A stretch of DNA of 62,782 nt, filler included, from Chiloscyllium plagiosum (Eukaryota), in NCBI RefSeq assembly GCF_004010195.1. It is 5 parts of one record of this genome, joined end to end, with 100 filler letters (N's around TTAATTAATTAA, not from the genome) between each part and the next. Parts side by side here need not be neighbours in the genome. Positions count along the whole stretch, not along the records: positions 1 to 23,719 come from NC_057717.1; 4 more parts are not named here. The stretch is one strand, 5' to 3'. The notes beneath the pieces are model-generated. The model was given only the letters and a program-made list of their open reading frames with translations. It did no database searches and was not told the DNA's origin. The position numbers and the translations under genes are program-made. Of this stretch, positions 1-12,100 are shown in pieces; within the stretch, counting starts at the first letter, position 1; each line of letters begins with the position of its first letter.

Positions 1-1070
1 AAGATGTTACAGAGATATGAAAGCAAGGCTGAAGATGTTACAATGATAAGAATGGCAAGGCTGGAGATGTTACAGTGATAGGAATGGCAAGGCTGGAGAT
101 GTTACAGTGATAGGAATGGCAAGGCTGGAGATGTTACAGTGATAGGAATGGCAAGGCTGGAGATGTTACAGTGATAGGAATGGCAAGGCTGGAGATGTTA
201 CAGTGATAGGAATGGCAAGGCTGGAGATGTTACAGTGATAGGAATGGCAAGGCTGGAGATGTTACAGTGATAGGAATGGCAAGGCTGGAGATGTTACAGT
301 GATAGGAATGGCAAGGCTGGAGATGTTACAGTGTTATGAAAGCAAGGTTCGTGATGTTACAGAGGTAGGAAAGCAAGGCTGCAGATGTTATAGATATAGG
401 AAAGCAAGGCTGGTGATGTTACAGTATTAGGAAAGCAAGGTTTGATATGCTACAGACACAGAAAAGCAAGGCTGGAGATGTTACAGTGACAGGAAAACAA
501 GGCTTAAGATGTTACAGACAGGAAAGCATGGCCGGAGATGTTACAGAGATATGAAAGCAAGGCAGGAGATGTTTCAGTGACAGGAAAGCCGGGCTTTAGA
601 AGTTATAGTGATAGGAATGCACGGGTGGAGATGTTACAGAGATAGGAAAGCAAGGCGGAAGATGTTACTGGGAGAGAAAGCCAGGCAGGAGATGTTACAG
701 AAACATGAAAGCAAGACTGGTGATGTTGCAGTGGTCAGAAAGCAAGGCTGGAGATGTTACAGAGATAGAAAAGCAAGGCCGAAGCTGTTGCTGAGAGGTA
801 AAGCAAGGCAGGAATTGCTAAAGAGATTTGAAAGCAAAGCTAGAGATGTTATAGAGATATGAAAGCATGTCTGGAGATGTTACAGTGATAGGAAAGCAAG
901 TTTGGCGATGGAACCGAGATAGGAAAGAAAGGCCGACGATGTTACTGGGAGAGAAAAGAAGGCAGGAGATGTTACAGAGATAGGAAAGCAAGGCTAGACA
1001 TGTTGGAGAAGTAGGAAAGCAAGGCGAGAAATGAAACAGTGAAAGGAAAGCAAGGCTGGAGATGTTGCAG
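1..1070. repeat. Minisatellite, 32-bp unit GGCTGGAGATGTTACAGTGATAGGAATGGCAA, becoming diverged ~31-bp units
   Basis: Perfect 32-bp periodicity from ~59 to ~330 (units start at 59, 91, ...). Degenerate GGAAAGCAAGG variants continue to ~1070. Confidence 0.95.
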
Positions 1071-2414
1071 AGGTGCTCAGCATCAGCATTGCTGATCGAG
1101 ATTGTCGGGTCCAAAAGGACATAGCTGCTAGACTGGGTCTGCATCGGGAAGGGAGGGAACGACTGAGGGATAGAAACATACTTGACGTGATCTTCACCAA
1201 CCTACCAGTTGCAGACACATTGATCGATGACCGTATTGGGAATGGTGACTACCACACACAGTATTTCTGGAGACAAAGTCCACTTTTACATTATGAATAC
1301 ACTCTGTGTGTATGTGACACTGTCGCTGTGCTAAATGGGAGAGATTTAAAATACATCGAGAAACTCAGCACTGGCTTGTGTGAGGTGATTCGGGTCATTA
1401 CCAACAGCAGCAGCATTGTCACTGCCTGGCATATGCTCCACTTTACCGTTTACGCTTTACCATCAGACCAGGGGATAAACCCTTGCTCAGCTGAGAATAC
1501 AGGACGGCCTGCCAGGACCAGCACCAAGTACATCACGAAATGTGGTCAAGTTACCAAACAGGACCACTCACTCACAAATTGCACACGCAGAAAGTCATCG
1601 GAAAATCTAACCAACAAATCAGACTTAATCTCTGCAATCCTTCACATGCAGTCAGGCTGAATGGTGATGCACAATCACACAACTCACATGTGGAGGAGGA
1701 TTCACAAATACCACATTCCTTAATGATGGAAGGCCCCAGCACAGCAATAGAAAGGATAAGGCTGAAACATTCATAGAAATGTTCAGACAGAAGTATCGAT
1801 GGAACGATCTATTTTAGTCAACTCTAGATGGCAGTTTAGCTAATTCGATTCACTGTGTGTGGTAGCTACAAACGGTGAGGGAATTGGGGAATGCAAAGGC
1901 TGTGGGCTGTGATAACATTACGTTCAAGCTGTTACTGCTGGGCTACAGCACTGGCATCTCCCTGACAATGTGGGAAACTATCCGGTTGTGTCCTATGCAG
2001 TCACAGACAAAGCATCAGACAATCAATGACTGCCTCATTGCTCTAATCCCCAACATTAATAAAGGGATGGAAGGTGACATTTACAGTGGAATGAAACAGA
2101 ACTTCCTCAGCACCAACCTGCTCACTGAATCTGAGTTTGGCCTTTCACCCGTTGGGTTCTTTAAAGCCTGGTGTAACGATGTACAACAGGAGAACACACA
2201 GCTGAATTCTAGAGGTGAGGGAACAGTGATTGCACTTAACATCATCTTAACTGCATTTGACCAAGTGGCGTATCCAGGATTAACGGCAAAACTGGAGCAA
2301 ACAGGAATCTTCTGCACTGGCTGATGTAATTAGTGGTACAAAGGAAAGTGGCTGGGGTTGGTGGAGAACAGCCATCTCAGCTCCACGACAGGTCTGCAGC
2401 AGTTCTCCAGGGGA

Positions 2415-2660
2415 GGCATTTCTGAGTAAGCCTGTAGATTAGAAATGGAAAGGTAAGGCACCACACTCTTACGGGATGATAGGCCTGCTCCTTCGCTAGA
2501 CAAAAACGATAGCTTAATGAGGCAGTCATCATGCATCAAGTAAGGGAGAGGTTGAGTAGCACAGTCCGTTATAGTCACCTCAGTCTGTACAGGAATTGAA
2601 CCCACACTCTTGGAATTTATATACATTACAAAGTAGCCCTACAACTGATTGATCCAACCA
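2415..2660 (-). mobile_element. tRNA-derived SINE fragment inside the LINE
   Basis: Reverse complement of a B-box (GGGTTCAATTCC) at ~2592-2603. It interrupts the LINE RT region. Confidence 0.5.
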
Positions 2661-3147
2661 AGTCTTCACTCAGCTCCTTGGGGTAGATATTGTAATATTT
2701 ATTTTTTCAGATATGGTGTTAGACAACTCTGGATCAGGTGGAACTAAAAGCATGCTTTCTGGATCAGAGAGAGAAACAGCACGAGTGGTCTGTGCCCTAG
2801 GCCCAATAATTCTTAACTGCTTCATAAATGAACATCCCTATACTGTAAAGTCACAATCGGGATGTTTGCCAATGATTGGACAATATTCAACACCATTCGT
2901 GATTTACTCAGGTACTGAACCAGTCCTTGTACAAATATAACAGGACCTGGAAATATGCAGGCGTGTGCGTAAAAGTGACAAGTACAATTCCCATTACACA
3001 CGTGCCAGACAATGATTACCTATAACAAAAGAAACCTGAACCATTCCCACTAACATTCAATGCCACCACCAGCACTGAACACTCACTTAGCAATATCCCA
3101 AGGATACCGTTAACCAGAACTGGACTGACCATATAATTTCATTACTC

Positions 3148-3240
3148 ATTCATGTGAAGGGCTTATGCTAAAACATCGACTCACCTGTACCTCAGATGCT
3201 GCCTGACCTATTGTGCCTTTTCAGCATTGCACTTTGACGC
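3148..3240 (+). mobile_element. Short Penelope-derived terminal fragment with decayed hammerhead motif
   Basis: GAAGGGCTTATGCTAAAACATCGA...GATGCTGCCTGACC matches the 3' end of the Penelope element at 25410-25545. Confidence 0.7.
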
Positions 3241-3771
3241 ACATAAATTTATTGGCTACAAGAATATGTCAGGGGCAAGGCATCCTGCAGAAATAAATTA
3301 TCTCATGATGTCCGAAAGCCTACCCACCATCTATAAGACACATGTTAAATGTGTGTGTGATGAAATACCCTCCATTCGCATGGGTGAGTGCAGCTTCACC
3401 CCACTGCCACTCAATAACTGTGATGCCTGCCATTCACACGGTTCATTGCAGAACTTTACCAAGGCTCGTTCAAACGTACCTCTGAAACTACGACCACCAA
3501 AAAGGATACGGGAAACAGATACATTGGACCCCCACCATGTTCGCGTTCCATTCCCAGCCACCCACCATCCTGATTGAGAAATATATTGCTCTCCCTTTAG
3601 GGTCACTGGTTCAAAATTCCTCCCTAATGGCTTTAGAAGTCTAACTACAGCACATGGACTGCACTGGATCACTGCAGCAACTCAACATCACCTTTCAAAG
3701 GGCAACAATGGACGGGCAATAAATACTGGCCCAATCATATCCCATGAGTAAATTAGACTGAAAAATATTGT

Positions 3772-3990
3772 TCAAACGTTCTCAAGTGCAGGACACTGAG
3801 TTTGGGTTTTTGTGAACGAGGCTGGTTGGGTCCAGTCAGTACCTTGCTTGTTGTGAACAGCTGAAGGGATATGCTGTTTGAAACAATCTGTCAGTCTCTC
3901 AGAGGCATGGCCTACACACCGAGCATCACACAGACACTGACCTTCACATCCCACTTTACTGACATGTGAGACAGAACGAAGCAATTGAAA
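3772..3990 (-). mobile_element. Penelope-like element GIY-YIG endonuclease remnant
   Basis: Translation QCLCDARCVGHASERLTDCFKQHIP resembles the C-x-C...YVGxT..L..R.KQH GIY-YIG signature of PLEs. Confidence 0.7.
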
Positions 3991-4069
3991 ATGTACTCAT
4001 ATCCTACTGTAACATGTTTAAACGCACAGTGCTATTGTTGCCACGGAAATGATTATGAGTGAATATTAG

Positions 4070-4183
4070 CAGGGAGAAAGTGAGGACCGCAGATGCTGGA
4101 GATCAGAATCAAAACGTGTGGTTCTGTAAAGGCACAGCTGTCAGGCATCATCTGAGGAGCAGGCGAATCGACTATTAGTTCAC
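4070..4183 (-). mobile_element. Short Penelope-derived non-autonomous insert
   Basis: GAGAAAGTGAGGACCGCAGATGCTGGAG..., homologous to 5989-6118 and 22311-22450. Flanked by direct repeat AATATTAG (4062-4069 and ~4184-4191). Confidence 0.8.
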
Positions 4184-5721
4184 AATATTAGTACATCAGA
4201 AAATAATAGCATATTTATATATGTACTTAATAATATTTGGTCTTAGCTGTGGTAATGAGACTGATCATTTGAATGCTCCTTAGTATGAGTGGCACACTGT
4301 TTTCATCATATTATTGTTATTAAAATGAACTGAATAAATTAGTAGATTTTGTGCTTATTGGACAATCAAACAGTAGGTATTATGAAAGGTTATTGGATGT
4401 TCAATAAAGAGACTTCGTTGTTAATGGTTAGAACAATGCTGTAAGCATTTACGTAAAAATGTCCAGCTCAAGTCACACACAAGGTCGTTGGGCTGGGATC
4501 ATACTGGCCAACAATGGAGCTGCACATCTCTGTTTGGATACTGACATTGTGGAGTTACCATACACTGGCTATGGTTTATAAGGGATTCAACGTAAGATGT
4601 CATGTGCTGCAGGAGCACATCACCTTTACAACACCTTCATTCAGGATCGGGTCCAAGGTGCAGAATTACAGAGTTTAGGTGGCACACCAGAACAGATATA
4701 ATTGCAAGACATGTTTGATTACAGGTCATTGTTACAAATGTTGAACTGCATCTGGAGCAGCGCCATGATTTCGTCCGTTGACCAGTCTGTCCCACTCACA
4801 TATCCCCGTTGTTCAGGTATGTCTCTAACCAGTCTACTGTGATTGTGTCAGTAACTGCTAAGCTCCAGTTTGGAAGCTCTCTGGACAGATTTGGCGATGG
4901 TCAATGTTTTGGAGATCGTGGTGAGGCCCAGTAACACTGTGTCTGAATTCAGACTTTTCCTCAAAGTCATTTTCAACAGCTTTGCTGCCTGCAAGATGGT
5001 GTGTTCACTGATCTGAACATGAATCAGTTGTTTACTACAGTCATTGAGTTGTGTAATAGTTCGCTGTGTACTCTGGTAATTCCATTATTGTTCACTTCAA
5101 TGGTTTTCAACTGAAAATGATGTCTGGTTTATTTTAAGATATGTAAAAACAAAGTGATATTAATTCTTCATTATAGAAAATGTAAAAGTGATCTGTTGTA
5201 TATTTCCCACAGACTGATCAAGGAACAGTCAGATGTTGTCTGTAAAGCAGGATTCTGTGAACAGGACGATGTCCCAGGTAACTTCACCATCCTCTCTGGT
5301 AGGGCCTATCCCACTGACAGGACACAGCCAGGCAGAGATGGATAGCCCCTTGGTATATACTCAATACAGTGCTCAGCAATGATGCTGCATCCTGTGTCTG
5401 CTAGACTGCTATGCGGCAAGTTATGAGGGTATCAATGAAAGGGAAACATATAATTGACCACATCGTCACCAATCTGCCGACTGCAGCTACAACTCTCCAT
5501 TTTATATATCAGTAAGAATGGTCACTGAACAGTCCTTATGGAGAGCAAGGGCTATCTTCACGTTTTGCAGACCCTCAACACCGTGGTATATAGCCCACTT
5601 GCTACTGAATGGGACAGACTTTAAAAAGATCAATCATCTAATGACGTTACATCCACGGGGTGCAATGGGCCACCGGCAGCAGCAGAATCATACTCTGTGC
5701 AACTCATACAGTCTGCAACCT

Positions 5722-5988
5722 CACAGTCCACCATACCTCCCACTGTACAGTAACCATCACAGCCCGACATACCTCCCACTGTATAGAAACCATCACGACC
5801 CGACATACCCCCCACTGCACAGAAACCATCAGTGCCCGACATACCTCCCACTCTACAGTAATCGTCACAGCCCGACATACCTCCCACTGTACAGTAACCG
5901 TCACGGCCTGACATACCTGCCACTGTATCGTAACCATCACGGTCCTAGATACCTCGCACTGTTCTGTTACTGTCATGGCCTGACATAC
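5722..5988. repeat. 36-bp minisatellite (CATACCTCCCACTGTACAGTAACCATCACAGCCCGA), ~7 copies
   Basis: 36-bp periodicity (CATACCTCCC at 5732, 5768, ...). Explains the 12-aa repeats in the overlapping ORFs. Confidence 0.95.
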
Positions 5989-6118
5989 TAGGAGAAAGTG
6001 AGGACTGCAGATGCTGGAGACCAGAGTTGAAAAATGTGGTGCTGGAAAAACACAGCAGGCCAGGCAGCATCGAGGAGCAGGAGAATCGACATTTCGGGCA
6101 TAAGCCATCCTTCATGGA
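5989..6118 (-). mobile_element. Short Penelope-derived insert with hammerhead-like motif and 9-bp target-site duplication
   Basis: CTGACATAC at 5980-5988 and 6119-6127 flanks it. Minus strand reads ...GGCTTATGCCCGAAATGTCGATTC...GATGCTGCCTGG...CAGCATCTGCAGTCCTCACTTTCTCC. Confidence 0.85.
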
Positions 6119-9100
6119 CTGACATACATCCCACATTTGTTGAAGAGTGTCACAGTGTCTCAGGGATTGACAGAGTCGGTCACAGGGTGTCGGACAGGGT
6201 CACCATAAGTCTCAAAGTGTGACAGAGAGAGCCAGAGACTGCCACAGTGTGTCAGAGAGAGTCTCATGGAGTATCACGGTGTGCCTCAGAGAGTGTCACA
6301 GTGTATTTCAGAGAGAGCCAGAGACTGTCACACTGTGTCAGAGAGTGTCTCATAGAGTATTACGGTGTGCCTCAGAGAATGTCACAGTGTATTTCAGAGA
6401 GGGCCAGAGACAGTCACACTGTGTCAGAGAGTGTCTCAGAGTGTCACAGTGTCTCTCAGAGAGTGTCAGAGAGTGACACAGTGTATTTCAGAGAGTGCCA
6501 CAGAATGCCAGGGAGTGTCATAGTGTGTCAGGGACAGTCACAGTGTCTCTCAGAGAGTGTCTCAGAGAGTGTCAGAGAGCCTCACAGTCTGTCTCAGAGA
6601 GTGTCAGAGAGTGTCACAGTCTGTTTCAGAGAGTGTCAGCGAGAGTCACAGTGTGTCTCAGAGAATGTCAGAGAGTGTCACAGTGTGTCTCAGAGTGAGT
6701 TACAATGTGTTTCAGAGACTGTCAGAACGTCAGATTGTGTCACAGTGTGTCATACTGTGTCTCAGACAGTGTCAGAGCGTTTCACAATGTGTCACCGTCT
6801 GTTAGAGAGTGTCATAGTGTGTCTCAGAGAGTGTCAAAGAGAGTCGGAGAATTTAACAGTGTCACAGTCTGTTAGAGAGTGTCACAGTGTGTCTCAGAGA
6901 GTGTCAAAGAAAGTCGTAGAGTTTCACCGTGTGTCACAGTCTGTCGGAGAGTGTCACAGTGTCTCAGAGAGTGTCAGAGTCTGTCACAGTATGTTAGAGA
7001 GTGGCACAGTCATGTCTCAGCGAGTGTCACAATGTGTCTCAGAGAGTGTCGGAGGGAGTCACAGCGTGTTCTCAGAGAGTACCAAAGTGTGTCACAGTGT
7101 GTCTCAAATAGAGATAGAGAGTGTCACAGTGTATCTCAGAATTTTTCAGAAAGAATCAGTGTCAAAATGTGCCTCAGAAAGTGTTAGAGAGAGTAAGAGA
7201 GTGTTGTAGTGAGTCAGAGAGTGTCACAGTGTGTCAGAGAGTGGAACAATATGTCTCATAGAGAGTTTGAGAGTGTCACTGTGTGTTTCAAAGAGTTTCA
7301 CAGTGTGTCACCGTCTGTTAGAGAGCGTCACAGTGTGTCTCAGAGAGAGACCGAGAGTGTCACAGCGTGTCTGAGTGAGTCAGAGATTATCACAGTGTGT
7401 AAGACAGTGTCACAGTGTGTCTCAGAGACTGTGAGAGGGTGTCATAATAAGTCTCATTCAGTATTATGGAGAGTGAGAGGGTGTCACAGTGTGTCTCGGA
7501 GAGTGTCAGAGTGTCAAAACATGTCTCAGCGTCAAAAAGCGTTAGAGAGTGTTACAGTGTGTCACAGTCTGTCAGAGAGTCACAGTGTGTCTGATAGAGT
7601 GTCAGAGAGTGTCACTGTGTTTCACGGTGTTTCTCAGAATGTGTCACAGTGTGTCTCAGAGAAAGACAGAGAGGGTCACAGTGTGTATGGGAGAGTTTTA
7701 GAGTGTCACAGTGTGTCTCAGAGAGTGTCAGAAAGTTTGACAGTGTCTCCGAGTGTAAAGTCAGTGTCAGAGAGTGTCACAGTATGTCAGGAAGTGTCAA
7801 AGTTTATCAGGGAGTGTCTCAGAGAGTGTAATAGTGACTCTCAGGGAGAGTGAGAGAATGCCACAGTGTGTCACAGAGTGGCACAATATATCTCAGAGAG
7901 AGAGAGTGTCACAGTGTGTCTCAGAGAATGTCATAGAGAGTCAGAGAGTGTCACAGTGTGTCTCATACAGTGTCTCAGAGAGTGTCAGAGAGGGTCAGAG
8001 AGTGTCACAGTGTGTTTCAGAGAGTTTCACAGTGGGTCTCAGAGAGTGTCAGAGAAAGTCACAGTGTGTCTCCGAGAGTGTCACGTTGTGGCTCAGTGCA
8101 TCTCCGAGAGTGTCAGAGAGTGTCACAGTGTGTCTCGGAGAATGTCACAGTGTGTCGCCGAGAGTGTCACAGTGCCTCAGGGAGTGTTAGTGAGTGTCAG
8201 GCGGAGTCACAGACTGTCCGAGAGTTTCACACCGTGTCAGAGAGTGTCACAGTGTGTTTCCGAGTTTGAGAGAGTGTCACAGTGTGTCTCAGAGAGTGAG
8301 AGAGGCAGGATGTGACACTGTGTCTCTCAGAGAATATTGCACTGTGTCACAGTGTGTCTCTGAGTGTCAGAGAGTGTTAGTGTTTCACAGTGTGTCTCAG
8401 AGAGAGAGACATAGTGTGTCTCAGAAAGTGTCAGAGAGTGTTACAGTGGGTCAGAGAGTGGCACAATATGTCTAAGAGAGAGTCAGAGAGTGTCACAGTG
8501 TGTCACAGTAGGTTAGTATGTGTGACAGTGTGTCTCAGAGAAAGTCAGAGAGATTCACAGATTATCTCAGAGAGTGTCAGAGAGAGACAGAGAGTATTAG
8601 AGAGTGTAACAGTGTGTTAGAGAGTGTTCACTGTGTCTCAGACAGTGTCAGAGAGAGTCAGAGAGTGTCACAGTGTGTCTCAGAGAGTATTGTAGTGAAT
8701 CACAGTATGACTCTGAGTGTCAGAGAGTGTCACAGTGTTTTACAAGTGTCTCAGAGAGTGTCATAGTGTGTCTCAGGGAGAGCCAGAGAGTGCCACAATG
8801 TGTCACAGAGTGGCACAATAGGTCTCAAAGAGAGTCAGTGAGTCTCAGAGAGTGTAAAACGTGTCACAGTGTCTCTCAGAGAATATCAGAGAGAGTCAGA
8901 GAATGTCACAGTGTGTTTCAGAGAGTGTCACAGTGGGTCTCAGAGAGTTTCAATGAGAGTCACAGCATGTCTCAGAGAGTGTCGTTTTGTGGCTCAGCGT
9001 ACCTGCAAGACTGTCAGAGATTGTCACAGTGCGTCTCCGAGAGTGTCACAGTGCCTCAGGGCGTTTCAGCGAGTTTCAGGCAGAGTGACAGACTGTCCGA

Positions 9101-12100
9101 GAATATCCCACCGTGTCACCGTGTCAGAGTGAATCTCCGAGCGTCAGAGTGTGTCACAGTATGTCTCAGAAAGTGAGACAGAGAAAGGCGGGAAGTGACA
9201 CAGTGTGTCTCAGAGAGTATTACAGTGTGTCAGTGTGTCTCCGAGTGTCAGAGAGTGTCACAGTGTTTCACAGCGTCTGTCAGAGAGTGTCATAGTGTGT
9301 CTCAGGGAGAGTCAGAAAGTGTCACAGTGTGTCTCAGAAAGTGTCAGACAGAGTCACGGTGTGTGTCAGACAGTGTCACGTAGTGTCTGAGAGAGTGCCT
9401 CAATGTCTCAGAGAAAGTAACAGTGTGCCACATTGTGTCTTAGAGAGTGACAGAGAGTTTCATATTGTGTCTCAGAGAGAGTCAGAGAGTGTCACAGTGT
9501 GTCTCAGAGAATGTCAGATAGTCAGTGATTATCAAAATGTGTCTCAGAGAGTGTCAGAGAGAGACAGATAGTGTCAGTGTGTCTCAGAGAGTGTCAGATA
9601 GAGTCAGAGAGTATCACAGTGTGTCTCAGAGAGTGTCAGAGAATTTCACAGTGTGCCTCAGAGAGTGACAGAGAGTGTCACAGTATGTCTTAGAGAGTGA
9701 CAGGCAGTGTCACTGTCGTCTCAGAGAGTGCCAGAGGGTGTCGCAGCGTCTCTCAGAGAGTGTCGCAATGTGTCTCAGAGTGTGTCGGAGAGTGTCACAG
9801 AGTGTCAGGGAGTGTCACAGTTTGTCAGAGTGTTACAGTGTTTCACGGTGTGTCTCAGAGTCAGTCACAGTGTGTGTCAGACAGTGTCAGAGAGAGTCAC
9901 AGTGTTTCACAGATAATGTCAGACAGTGTCAGAGTGTGTCTGAGACAGTGTCACAGCGCGTCTCAGAAAGTGTCAGAGGGCGTCGCAGTGTGTCTTAGGA
10001 AACATCGCAGTGTGTCTCAGAGAGTGTCACAGTGTGCCAGAAAGTGTCACAATTTGTCAGAGTGCGTCACAGTTTATCCGAGAGATTCTCAGAGAGTGTC
10101 ATAGTATGTCTCAGACAGTGTCATAGAGAGTCACAGTGTGTCTTAGATAATGTCAGAGAGTGTCACAGTGTGCCTCAGAGTGTCAGGGCGTGTCACAATG
10201 TGTATTAGAGAGAGTACGAGAGTGACAGTATGTCTCAGAGGAGTCGGAGAGGGTCAGAGCGAATCAGAGAGAATCACATTGACCAGAGAGAGTCATAGAA
10301 TGTCACAATGTCTCACAGAGTGTCAGAGAGTGTGACAGTGTGTCTCAGAGACTATCAGAGTCTTCCAGAGACTGTCAGAGGTAGTCAGAGAGAATCGGAG
10401 ATATTCAGAGCGTGTCAGGCAGTTTAGCTATATATAGAGAGAGTTAGAGAGAGTCAGAGAGTGTCACAGTGTGTCAGAGTGTCACAGTGTGTCAAAGAGT
10501 ACCTGAGAGTGTCACAGAACGTCTCACTGTTTCTCAGCGAGGGTCGGAGAGTATGACAGTGTGTCTAATAGTGTCAGAGGGTGACAGTGTATGTCAGAGA
10601 GTGTCCACCGATGTCAGGGAATGTCACAGTGTGTCAGGGACAGTCACAGTGTCTCTCAGAGAGTGTCCCAGAGAGTGTCAGAGAGTGTCATAGCGCCTGA
10701 GGGAGTTCTCACATCTGTTAGTCAGTATCAGAGAGAGTCAGAGAGTATTACACTGTGTCAAAGAGTATCACGCCGTGTCAGGGAGTCCACAGTGTGTCAG
10801 AGAGAGTCACAGTGTGTCTCAGGGAGTGTCACAGTGTGGCACAGCATGTCTCAGAGTGTCACAGTGTGTCTCAGAGCTTGTCACAGTGTCACATTGTGTC
10901 TCAGAGAATGTCAGAGTTTCACAGATTGTCAAAGAGAGTGTCAGAGAGAGTCAGAGAGTGTCAGAGAGTGTCGGAGAGTGTCATATTTCGCAGAGAGTGT
11001 CACATTTTGGCACATTATGTCTCAGAGAGAGTCACAGTGTGTCTCAAGGCGTGTCACAGTGTGGCACAGTATGTCTCAGAGAGTATCACAGTGTGTCTCA
11101 GAGAGTATCACAGTGTGTCTCAGAGATTGTCAGAGAGTTTCACAGATTGCCAAAGAGAGTGTCCGAGAGAGTCAGCGAGTTTCAAAGATTGTCACAGTGT
11201 GCCAGAGATTATCACAGTGAGTCTCAGATAGTGTCAGAAGGTGTCACAATAAGTCTCAGAGAGAGTCACAGAGAGTCAGAGAGTGTCACAGCGTGTCCTG
11301 GCGAGTGTTAGAGAGTTTAACTACATGTCTCAGTGTCAGAGAGCGTCAGAGAGTGTCACAGTGTGTCACAGTTTGTCAGAGAGTGTCGCAGTGTTTCACG
11401 GTGTTTCTCAGGGAGTGTCACAGTATGTCTCAGAGAGACTGAAAGTGTCACAGTATGTTTCAGAGAGTGTCAGAAAGTGTCACATGCCTCAGAGAATAAC
11501 GTCAGTGTCATAGGGTGTCACAGTGTGTGAGAGTGACACAATATGTCTCAGTGAGAGTCAGTGAGCGTGACAGTGTGTCACAGTACGTTAGCCAGTGCCA
11601 CACTGTGTCTCACAGAGTGTCAGAAACAGTCAGGCAGTGTCACAACTGTTAAAAAGAGTCACAGTGACTCATATGGACTATCAAAGTGTGACAGAGAGTG
11701 TCTCATAGAGTGTCACAGTGTGTCTCAGAGAATGTCAGAGAGTGGCACAGTGTATTTCACGGAGTGCCACAGTATGTCAGGGAGTGTCACAGTGTGTCAG
11801 GGATGTCACAGTGTCTCTCAGAGAGTGTCTCATTGTTTCTCAGAGAAAGTCACAGAGTGCCAGAGAGTCTCACAGTGTGTCTCAGAGAGTGCCAGAGAGT
11901 CTCACAGTGTGTCTCAGTGAGAATCACAGTGTGTATCAGACAGTGTGAGAGAGTTTCAGAAAGCATAACAGTGTGTCTCAGTGAGTGCCAGAGAGAGACA
12001 GACCATTTCACAGTGTGTCATAATGTGTCCAAGAGAGTGTCAGTGAGTCTCACAGTGTGTCTCATAGTGTCAGAGTGTGTCACAGTGTGGCTCGGATGGA

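Larger units (their letters stand above)
1073..3750 (+). mobile_element. Decayed L2/CR1-group LINE (end of APE endonuclease, RT, 3' end), interrupted by insertions
   Basis: NILDVIFTNLP (endonuclease C-terminal motif), AFDQVAYPGLTAKL and GPIILNCFINE (RT motifs), with frameshifts and stops. Same family as the minus-strand copy at 58946-61500. Confidence 0.85.

Noticed and set aside
1..335. CRISPR-like 32-bp repeats
   Set aside because: The repeats are head-to-tail with no unique spacers, there are no cas genes, and the context is eukaryotic.
3805..3843. Perfect RSS nonamer (GGTTTTTGT)
   Set aside because: There is no heptamer at 12- or 23-bp spacing, and it lies inside a Penelope GIY-YIG remnant.
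4514..4678. Short + strand ORF with signal-peptide-like start (MELHISVWILTLWSYHTLA)
   Set aside because: It is only 54 codons, with no recognisable domain or supporting gene structure.
4903..4941. Minus-strand CACAGTG with a weak nonamer-like sequence
   Set aside because: The nonamer match is poor, there is no adjacent V/D/J coding motif, and the paralogous copy has CAGAGTG.
5518..5991. 157-aa ORF with YLPLYSNHHSPT repeats
   Set aside because: It is a by-product of the 36-bp minisatellite, which is open in several frames on both strands.
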